Of a stretch of DNA of 26,151 bases, positions 17,027 through 24,859 are shown in pieces (position 1 is the stretch's first letter; the number at the start of each line of letters is the position of its first letter). Under the pieces are notes generated by a model that saw only the letters and a program-made list of their open reading frames with translations, was not told the origin of the DNA and ran no database searches. The stretch is taken from IMG/VR virus record IMGVR_UViG_3300017777_001854, positions 1 through 26,151 of that record. The stretch is one strand, 5' to 3'. Made by a program: the position numbers and the translations under genes. The stretch is from a virus (taxonomy: Duplodnaviria > Caudoviricetes).

Positions 17027-20000
17027 ATGGCGAAAGAAATTGGATTAAAACTAAAAATTACTAGTGATGGTAGTGAAAAGGTAATATCAAGTATTACCCA
17101 ACTAGAAGAAGAATTAAAGATATTACAGAACACCCTGAAGACAGCGGAGTTTGGTAGTAAGCAGTTCAAGGAAGCCGCCTTGAATATTCAAGTATTAAAA
17201 TCAAGATTAGAAGATGTTGATAAAACAACTGAAGGTATTGGTGTTGAAAAAAGATTGCGTGCCATCGGTGATACAACTAACTTACTATCAGGTTCATTTC
17301 AGGTTTTAAGTGGGGTGGTTGGGACATTATCTAGTGATGAAGAAACATTAAAAGCCGTTCAGGAAGCAGAAGCAAAGTCCTTGAATGTATTGAATATTGC
17401 CTTGGGTGTAAGAGCCATCAACGAAGGTATATTAGAAAGTAAGATATTCCGTAGGGAAATCGCCGAAAAGGCATTACTGATTACATCAAAAGCCTACATC
17501 GCCACCGCAAAAGGTGTATCAGCAGTATTAGGTTTAATCGGTGTTGAAGCAGGTGTCGCATCAGCAGGGGTTAGAGCCCTTACATCAGCGTTCGCTGCGT
17601 TAGGTATTCCATTACTAATTTTTGGACTTACTACTTTGATTGAAAAGTTTAGTGAAGTGAATGCTGAAGCACCAAAGATTAAAACCGCAAAAGAAGCCTA
17701 CGATGATTTCAACAAGACACTAGAAACAACAAACGCATTACAAGATGCCCGTATTGGATATATTAAATCTATAGGTCAAGATGAGCCAGCATTACAAACT
17801 GAATTACAAAAGAACCAAGACGAATTAAATAAAAGATTAGAAAAACAAAAGGACTTATACAGGGATTTAGAAATAGTCCAACAAGATTTAGCACTATTAC
17901 AAGGTAAGGGTGATGAAACAAGAAAAAGGGCGGCACAGGATAGGGAAAAAGAAATTAAAGACAATTTGGCTGCGAACTTGATTGCCACAATTAAAGTGGA
18001 AGCCGCTGTTAAAAATAGTGAAAAGGCGATTACTGATTTCCAAAAACAAGAAGAAGATAAAAGAAATGCCAAGGCAAAAGAAACAAGGGACAAAAGGGAA
18101 CAATTCGCAATCCAAGAAATCCAAAAAAGATTAGAACTACAAAAGGCTTATTTGGCTCAACTTCAAGGTTTCGCCAGTCAAGAAATAGAAGTTCAGGCTG
18201 AAGTGTTGGATAGGGTTAAAGAACTTATTGATAAACAGGAAGCCCTGATTGAAGAAAGAAACCAATTCGCAAAGAAGGAAAGTGAAAAACTTACAGAAGA
18301 TATAAACAGATTATTTTTTGATATAATCCCAACAGCAGAAGACGCTAAACTATTAGAAGATTTTTACATAAAAATCTTTGATAAAATTGGATTAAACTTT
18401 TCTAAATTACCGAAAGACGCAAAGATTACTTTTGATGATTTAATCAAGTTGTATAATCAACTTGGTAAAGAACAAGAAAACTTACTTGAACCTGGTGGAA
18501 GATTTGACCCAATCACCGCTGATAGTGTTAAACTTACTGATGAAGCCAGACAAAGTTTATTACAATATTTCAACACAATCCAAAGATTTACAACATCGTT
18601 GGCTAATGAAAACCAAGATTTAATAACCAAGTTTGTTGGTAAAGACGCACCTGCTAGATTGGAAGAAGCAAATGTGTTTCTTAAAAAATTGGTTGATGAA
18701 GGGGTTAAACAATTAAGCGATGAAACATTATTGGCTGGTGAAGCAGAACAGAACTTATCAAAGTTCGTTAAAGAAAACTTGGGTCTTACAGAAAAAAGGG
18801 GAGCAACAACTAAAGTAGGTATTGCCAACCAAGCAGCATATAACGAAAGGATACAAGCATTCACTAAACTATTAGTTGATTTGGCTAAAAAAGAAGGTGA
18901 TGTTGTTATTGAAAGTAATAAAGTTCGTGATGCTTTGGGAGAACTTAAAAGGGAAGCAGCAGGAAATGAAGACGCACTAACAAGATTAAATCTACTTACC
19001 ACTTTATTTGGTGAAGGTTTCGCTGATTTAGATAAGAACCTTACTGAAACTGAATTGGCTAATTTTGGTAAAAAACTTACTGATACTTTTTCAACATCAC
19101 AAGAAGCATTTACTGGTTTCATCAATAATATAATCAGTAATACAGATGGTTTAAGGGATAAATTACTTCGTGTAATCAGTCCCCAAGATTTCGTAAAGAT
19201 AGTTCAGGACGCATCATTAGGGTTAGAAAACCTTACATTCAAGTCAGCAGAAGAAATTGAAGGACTTATCAACACAATTAAACAATTAGAAATATCTTTT
19301 GGTGAAGCAATTAAATCAGGTGAAGTAGATGGTGAAAGTTTAGGTATTGGATATAACACATTCAAGGACATCTTGGATAAGTTAAATAAGAAACTTAAAG
19401 AAACTAACGATAATACTAAATCACTTAAAAAGTCATTACAAGAAACTTTTAGTGAAAGCGAGTTTAAGAAAATTGCTGATATTGTTTTATCATCATTTAC
19501 ACAAATATCTAGTCAATTATCAAATATAGTTCAACAACAGAATAGTTTGTTATTAGAACAATTAGATTATCAACAGGCTCAAGCATTAGCAGCAATTGAT
19601 GAATTGGGTGATGAAAGTGAAGAAGGACAAAAGGTAAGAAACGCAGAAAGATTAAAGGTTGAAAAGGATTATCAAAAGAAAAAGTTTGACGCCGAAAAGA
19701 AGGCTAGGGTTCAAGAACTACAATTCGCTTTAGCCAATTCAATCGCACAGGGAGCCCAAGCGATTATCAACACTTACGCAACATTACCAATACCTGCGGC
19801 TATACCATTTTCTTTGGTGTTGGCTGGTTTAACAGCATTTCAGGTTGGGGTAATCAACGACCAATTACAATTCACACAGAACAAGGCTTACTTGGGTAGA
19901 ACGGGTGGATTGATTGAAGGTTCATCACACGATACTTATGGTGGTGGTGTTCCAACTATGTTGGAAGGTGGGGAGTTCATCTTAAACAGGGAAGCCGTTA

Positions 20001-20200
20001 GAGCCTATGGCGACCAAATATCAAGTATCAACACGGCAACAGGTGGAAAACCTATGTCTATTGACGATAGTAGAATAGTTCAAGCAATCGCTAAACAAAA
20101 CTTATCTACAAAAACACCATTAAAGGCTTATGTTCTGTATAACGACATTCAGGACACAACAAAATTAAATAAAAAAATAGAACAATTAGCACGACTATAA
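17027..20200 (+). CDS. Tape measure protein
   Basis: 1057 aa, helical, A/E/K/L-rich, with two hydrophobic segments and a C-terminal GGLIEG.SH..GGV...EGGEFILN motif. Confidence 0.8.
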   Translation: MAKEIGLKLKITSDGSEKVISSITQLEEELKILQNTLKTAEFGSKQFKEAALNIQVLKSRLEDVDKTTEGIGVEKRLRAIGDTTNLLSGSFQVLSGVVGTLSSDEETLKAVQEAEAKSLNVLNIALGVRAINEGILESKIFRREIAEKALLITSKAYIATAKGVSAVLGLIGVEAGVASAGVRALTSAFAALGIPLLIFGLTTLIEKFSEVNAEAPKIKTAKEAYDDFNKTLETTNALQDARIGYIKSIGQDEPALQTELQKNQDELNKRLEKQKDLYRDLEIVQQDLALLQGKGDETRKRAAQDREKEIKDNLAANLIATIKVEAAVKNSEKAITDFQKQEEDKRNAKAKETRDKREQFAIQEIQKRLELQKAYLAQLQGFASQEIEVQAEVLDRVKELIDKQEALIEERNQFAKKESEKLTEDINRLFFDIIPTAEDAKLLEDFYIKIFDKIGLNFSKLPKDAKITFDDLIKLYNQLGKEQENLLEPGGRFDPITADSVKLTDEARQSLLQYFNTIQRFTTSLANENQDLITKFVGKDAPARLEEANVFLKKLVDEGVKQLSDETLLAGEAEQNLSKFVKENLGLTEKRGATTKVGIANQAAYNERIQAFTKLLVDLAKKEGDVVIESNKVRDALGELKREAAGNEDALTRLNLLTTLFGEGFADLDKNLTETELANFGKKLTDTFSTSQEAFTGFINNIISNTDGLRDKLLRVISPQDFVKIVQDASLGLENLTFKSAEEIEGLINTIKQLEISFGEAIKSGEVDGESLGIGYNTFKDILDKLNKKLKETNDNTKSLKKSLQETFSESEFKKIADIVLSSFTQISSQLSNIVQQQNSLLLEQLDYQQAQALAAIDELGDESEEGQKVRNAERLKVEKDYQKKKFDAEKKARVQELQFALANSIAQGAQAIINTYATLPIPAAIPFSLVLAGLTAFQVGVINDQLQFTQNKAYLGRTGGLIEGSSHDTYGGGVPTMLEGGEFILNREAVRAYGDQISSINTATGGKPMSIDDSRIVQAIAKQNLSTKTPLKAYVLYNDIQDTTKLNKKIEQLARL

Positions 20201-21432
20201 TGAAAGTATTTGAGTTAAAAATAGACGAAGAAGATGATATGTCTGGTATTCAGTATATCAGTATTGTAAAAGACCCCGCTACACAAATCAGTTGGGAAGT
20301 TTTCAACAATCAGGAAGAAGTTTCCTGTTCCCATAAAGACGATTTAACTGATGAAGCCTTGGCTTTGATTGATAATTATGGAATGGAAGTAAGCGATGAA
20401 GCATTCTTAAACGCTGAAATAAAATATATTGATGAATTGGTTGTGGAAAACTTTGCTGTTCCATCAATCAATCCTGACCCAAGAGCACAAAGTATTTGGG
20501 ACGATAATAGTAATAACGCATCAGTTATTACAAGATACATCTACACAATAGATACAGGTGTGGGAGCACCCCTGATGCGAACATCAAGACAACTTTGTAG
20601 AAAGATGTTGTTGGCTCAAAGGGTTTGGTCTAAAGATGATATGGCAGCATTTTCATTACAACTATCTTCACAGGGGGATACATTCAAGTTAGTTCCAAGA
20701 GCCAGAACGGCACCAAATGTGGATTTTTTCCAATATAAATCGGGCAACCGATGCCGACATAGGTGGCAGCAAATTGATTTTCCTATTGGCATAAATGAAA
20801 CTTACGAAACGGCATTAGCCAAAATCCCTATGAAAGCACAGGCTGCTTTGGGTAAGGGTCAAAATGTCGGTGGGTCTGGTCGTCCGTTCATTAGTGAAGC
20901 CAGATACTTAAACAGAATGCCTACAAATATGTCGGCTCAAGATGAACTAAAACCAATCGGTTTTCATTTCGGTCTGTTTGTTTATTCAACAAGGTTCGCA
21001 GCGTTGGTTGCTGAACCAACAGCAAAAACTATTTCTAAAGTGAAGTTAGGTATATTGGAAGGGTATTGTCACGTTGATATAGATTATGACTATTACGAAG
21101 GAACTGGTGAAGTATTAGAAAAGTTTAATGTTAGGGAAGCGTTCGCTGTTCCTACAAAAGAAATACAGGACACGGCACAAAGGGTTCTTGATTGGGTTGA
21201 AGAAAATGGTTGGGGCGACTGCGGAACAGCCGTGGGGAAAACAAGGGCTTCGCAATTAGCGAAAGGCGACAACATATCCCTTGAAACCATTACAAGAATG
21301 TTTAGTTATTTATCCCGTCATAAAGTAGATTTGGAAAGTTCTAAATCTTACGATGATGGTTGTGGAAAACTTATGTATGATAGTTGGGGTGGTGAAGCAG
21401 CGTTAGGTTGGGCTGAAAGGGAAATGAAGTAG
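20200..21432 (+). CDS. N-terminal part of prohead protease polyprotein, ending at an in-frame TAG
   Basis: MKVFELKIDEEDDMSGIQYISIVKDPA resembles the usual N-terminus of XkdF-like proteases in Bacteroidota phages. A MuF-like module (SRQLC..ML...YKSGNRCRHRW) and a GWG.CGT.VG..RA.QLA...WGG module follow. Confidence 0.65.
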   Translation: MKVFELKIDEEDDMSGIQYISIVKDPATQISWEVFNNQEEVSCSHKDDLTDEALALIDNYGMEVSDEAFLNAEIKYIDELVVENFAVPSINPDPRAQSIWDDNSNNASVITRYIYTIDTGVGAPLMRTSRQLCRKMLLAQRVWSKDDMAAFSLQLSSQGDTFKLVPRARTAPNVDFFQYKSGNRCRHRWQQIDFPIGINETYETALAKIPMKAQAALGKGQNVGGSGRPFISEARYLNRMPTNMSAQDELKPIGFHFGLFVYSTRFAALVAEPTAKTISKVKLGILEGYCHVDIDYDYYEGTGEVLEKFNVREAFAVPTKEIQDTAQRVLDWVEENGWGDCGTAVGKTRASQLAKGDNISLETITRMFSYLSRHKVDLESSKSYDDGCGKLMYDSWGGEAALGWAEREMK

Positions 21433-21441
21433 GCAACCGAA

Positions 21442-22338
21442 ATGAATGTAATGTTTTCTGCTGATGACTTCAGGGGTGATATTACCGCAGTTGTATTCCA
21501 ACCGAACCAAAAGATTTACAGATGGGATAGGGAAAGTAATACCCCTTATTATGTCTTTATGTCCCGTGATACGATTAGAAAGATGTTGATGAAACTATCA
21601 AGATTGAAACCTAAAAACCTTATCAACTACGAACATTCAGGAATGGTGTTTGATGGTGATGATGTTTATACCTACGAAAACTGGTTGGTTGGGGACAATC
21701 CACAGATGGATAAATCTTATGAAATATTCGTTAGGGAGTTTGAGCCTGGCACTTGGATTACAACAATTCATTTCAAGGACAGAAGGATTTTTGACGAGTT
21801 TGTATTATCCCAAAAGGCTAGTTCAATTTCATTAGAAGGTATGTTTGAGGAAGTCCCATTCAATTTCTTTGATGTTAAACAAGAAGATTTTATTGATGTT
21901 AAACCTGGTGAAAGTGAAAGTGATTATGTTAGTAGATGTGTTAGTTCAAGTAAAATGATGGGCGAGTTCCCTGATGAAGAACAACGACTAGCAGTATGTT
22001 ATTCACAATACAAACAGAAGTTTAATTTCCCTGAAGGGACTTGTTGGGAAGGTTATGAACCATACGGAACAAAAATCGTAGATGGTCGTGAAGTTCCTAA
22101 TTGTGTTCCAATCAAGGCAACCGAAGAGTTCATCACCGAATATATCCCCTATGACGAATTGGAAGACCAATATTGTAATTGTGATTATGGTTATACTGCT
22201 ATTGGTTTCAAGATAGGTGATAGTAAAGAATACAGGTGTGTTGAAGAAAATAGTGAAGAAGCGATTGATTACAACGCAGCCCAACTTGTTATGAAGTTGG
22301 AAGCGTTATTAAAAGAAATGGATAAATCTATATCTTAA
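21442..22338 (+). CDS. XkdF-like prohead serine protease core with small C-terminal modules
   Basis: PNQKIYR, YYVFMSRDTIRK, NYEH (His), ENW, PGTW and SISLEG (Ser). Same frame as the upstream ORF, three codons after its TAG. Confidence 0.75.
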   Translation: MNVMFSADDFRGDITAVVFQPNQKIYRWDRESNTPYYVFMSRDTIRKMLMKLSRLKPKNLINYEHSGMVFDGDDVYTYENWLVGDNPQMDKSYEIFVREFEPGTWITTIHFKDRRIFDEFVLSQKASSISLEGMFEEVPFNFFDVKQEDFIDVKPGESESDYVSRCVSSSKMMGEFPDEEQRLAVCYSQYKQKFNFPEGTCWEGYEPYGTKIVDGREVPNCVPIKATEEFITEYIPYDELEDQYCNCDYGYTAIGFKIGDSKEYRCVEENSEEAIDYNAAQLVMKLEALLKEMDKSIS

Positions 22339-22350
22339 ACATTTTATAGA

Positions 22351-22359
22351 TATATTTAT
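22351..22359 (+). promoter_or_regulatory. TATATTTAT motif upstream of scaffold and capsid genes
   Basis: Intergenic copy 26 nt before the ATG at 22386. Confidence 0.5.
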
Positions 22360-22385
22360 GATAAACAATAAAAAAATAAAAAACT

Positions 22386-22931
22386 ATGAAAAATATTGAA
22401 TTACTAAAAAAAGTTGCTGACCTAGTCGGTTTCAAGTTTTCAAGTGTTGCTTATACATTCGCAGAAGTAGAATTAGATGGTGGTGTAATCATTACCAATT
22501 CAACTGAAGGTGAGTTCGTTTTAGGCGATATTATCAGCGTTAAAAACGAAGATGGAACATACACACGAGTAGGTTCGGGAACGCACAGATTGGCTGACGG
22601 AATGAAAATCTTTATCACAGATGAAGAAGGAAAGTTGGTTGAAATCAAAGACGCTATGGAAGAAGAAACTGAAGAAGAAGGTGTGGTAATTGTTGATGCT
22701 GAAAAAGAAAAAATGGAAAGCACACAATTAGACGCATTAAAAGCGGCAATCCACGATGTATTGTTTGCGTTTGAGGCAAACACTAAAGAAATTGCTGAAC
22801 TAAAGGCATATTTACAAGCCTTCAAGAATGAAGCAAAACATAATCCGTTAAAAGAAGATACTTTGATGTCTAACGCTTTTTCAAGCGACAGCAGATATGA
22901 AATCTTGAAACAGATGAAATTAAACAAATAA
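22386..22931 (+). CDS. Capsid scaffolding protein
   Basis: Acidic; GTHRLADG.KI..DEEGKLVEIK motif and coiled coil; lies between protease and capsid genes. Confidence 0.7.
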   Translation: MKNIELLKKVADLVGFKFSSVAYTFAEVELDGGVIITNSTEGEFVLGDIISVKNEDGTYTRVGSGTHRLADGMKIFITDEEGKLVEIKDAMEEETEEEGVVIVDAEKEKMESTQLDALKAAIHDVLFAFEANTKEIAELKAYLQAFKNEAKHNPLKEDTLMSNAFSSDSRYEILKQMKLNK

Positions 22932-22959
22932 ATAAAACAAACAAATAACAAATAAAATT

Positions 22960-23895
22960 ATGAAAAACTTAAAATCTTTTAACTTTGATTTTGATACAAC
23001 TGGTATGGTTGATTACTTAAATGCTAATGCCGACCTTTTACTTACGAAAATCGTAATGGATACAATTGAAAGTTCTACTTACAAAGTTGTCCCTAACATA
23101 AAGTTTGGCGAACTTATCCCCGTTTATGAAACTGGTGCGATAGACGATATTGCTTTTCCAGGAAATAGTTGTTCCTTCACAGGCGGAACTATTGAATTGA
23201 CCGAGCGTGAATTGAAGGTGTGCCAATATAACATCCAGAAGAATTGGTGCGACGATGAATTAAATAGAACAATTATGTCTATTAGATTATCACCAGGTTC
23301 TTACCCACCTAACTTGGCTCCTTCTGTTGAAGAGGCTTTTATGGCAGACATCGCAAAGAAGGCTAGTGTTTATGCTTCAAGAAAGTTTTGGAATGCTGAA
23401 ACTGCTACTGATGGTTGTTCTGGAATTATAGAGCAGTTGGAAAGTGCTTCTTTTAGTGCTGAGTGTATAAACGACACTTATACTGCGATGACCCCATCAA
23501 ACGCAATTTCCGTGAGTGATGCTTACATATTACAACTTCCAGACCCATTAAAAGTAATCAATACTATTATGGCGTTAAACCATAGTGATTTCCAAGCACT
23601 TCAGTTGGCTTTAAGAAACCAAAACTTATTTAACTTTAATCCAATTACTTTGGCGAACGGACAAATGGCAATCCAAATCCCATTCACAAATTGTATCGCT
23701 ATTTCTTGTGAAATTGCTCCAGGTTATATGGTATTGACTAACGCTGAAAACTTGTTGATGGGAACAGATTTATTGAGTGATATTTCTTCACCTATATCTT
23801 GGTATTCGCTTGATTTCCAACAAACTAGATTAAAGTTGGCTATGAAAATTGGTTCTACTATTGGTATTCCATCACAGGTGGTTTTCGCATCGTAA
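22960..23895 (+). CDS. Major capsid protein
   Basis: 311 aa after the scaffold; VVPNIK, CSF.GG..LTER.L.V, WC..EL, FW, DG..G and NL.MGTDLLSD motifs. Confidence 0.8.
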   Translation: MKNLKSFNFDFDTTGMVDYLNANADLLLTKIVMDTIESSTYKVVPNIKFGELIPVYETGAIDDIAFPGNSCSFTGGTIELTERELKVCQYNIQKNWCDDELNRTIMSIRLSPGSYPPNLAPSVEEAFMADIAKKASVYASRKFWNAETATDGCSGIIEQLESASFSAECINDTYTAMTPSNAISVSDAYILQLPDPLKVINTIMALNHSDFQALQLALRNQNLFNFNPITLANGQMAIQIPFTNCIAISCEIAPGYMVLTNAENLLMGTDLLSDISSPISWYSLDFQQTRLKLAMKIGSTIGIPSQVVFAS

Positions 23896-23915
23896 TTAAA
23901 CAAACACATTACTAA

Positions 23916-23945
23916 TAGTTTATAGTTCTTCGGGACTATAAACTA
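23916..23945 (+). other. RNA hairpin with C(UUCG)G tetraloop
   Basis: TAGTTTATAGTTC-TTCG-GGACTATAAACTA, 13 bp with one G-U pair; no following T tract. Confidence 0.8.
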
Positions 23946-23986
23946 GATGGAAATAAAATATAAAACAAAATAAAAAATATAAAATT

Positions 23987-24568
23987 ATGGCTTCTAATTG
24001 CGTAATTACTTCTGGACTAGCACTCGCTAGTTGTGTGAATAATGTTCCTGGTATTGATACTTTATATGTATTGACTTCAACGGGCACATCTACAGACGCA
24101 CAATTCGCTACTATCACTTATGATAATGACGGATACATTACTACATTTTCTGCGGCAACTACAGGTTTAACTTGGCAACAAATAGACCTTGTTAGAAATA
24201 GTAGTGCTGCGTTAAATGAAGAAACATCTGTGAATATCCCTTCACTAGGTTTCACTTTCAACACTAAACTATTATTTACCATTCCTGGTTATTCACAGGA
24301 AAACACAAACCTTTATCAACAAATCGTAAAGAATACCCAATCTTACTTCATCGTGAAGTTGAAGACAGGTAAGTATTTCTTGGCTGGTGCTGACGGGGGA
24401 ATGTTTATTGAAACTGCTGCTATTGTATCAGGTTCATTACCAGGCGACGACCAGTTGTATTCATTAGGTTTAACTTCTAATGGTTCAATCAGCGTTCCTG
24501 AAATGTTAGTTCCAACTACCTTGGCTGCGTTCATCGCAGGAACAGGTTTCGGTTTGTATTCTAACTAA
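23987..24568 (+). CDS. Major tail (tube) protein, putative
   Basis: MASNCVITSG....C....PGI..LY start and IVK..TGKYFLAG..GG...SG....D...Y.L.L motifs typical of the post-capsid gene in Bacteroidota siphoviruses. Confidence 0.65.
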   Translation: MASNCVITSGLALASCVNNVPGIDTLYVLTSTGTSTDAQFATITYDNDGYITTFSAATTGLTWQQIDLVRNSSAALNEETSVNIPSLGFTFNTKLLFTIPGYSQENTNLYQQIVKNTQSYFIVKLKTGKYFLAGADGGMFIETAAIVSGSLPGDDQLYSLGLTSNGSISVPEMLVPTTLAAFIAGTGFGLYSN

Positions 24569-24583
24569 TAAAAAATACTTTTT

Positions 24584-24610
24584 AGTGGGGGGTAAAACCC
24601 CCATTTTTTT
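24584..24610 (+). terminator. Intrinsic terminator
   Basis: GTGGGGG-GTAAAA-CCCCCAT followed by a T tract. Confidence 0.8.
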
Positions 24611-24619
24611 AAGCCAAAT

Positions 24620-24859
24620 ATGTTGGAAGTTAGAAAGGATTTACGGGTAAGAAAGGACAACACTTATGTCCCAATAACCCGATATATTTTAACCAACTTA
24701 CGACTTGATTTACATAGTGAAATAATTACAATAAAGGTTCTATTCTACAGGAACGATGACCTAATATTTACCAAGTTATTTAATATGGGTAAATGTGGTG
24801 ATACGAATGTGAATGACCTAATCAAACAGGTTCATCAACAAATACAAAATGAAGGTTAA
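24620..24859 (+). CDS. Hypothetical protein
   Basis: 79 aa ORF overlapping the next gene. Confidence 0.55.
   Translation: MLEVRKDLRVRKDNTYVPITRYILTNLRLDLHSEIITIKVLFYRNDDLIFTKLFNMGKCGDTNVNDLIKQVHQQIQNEG

Noticed and set aside
20420-22812. A few odd residues possibly caused by base errors near the TAG (e.g. the lone ACGT at 21071)
   Set aside because: Cannot be judged without homologues or reads; kept only as a caution on the TAG finding.
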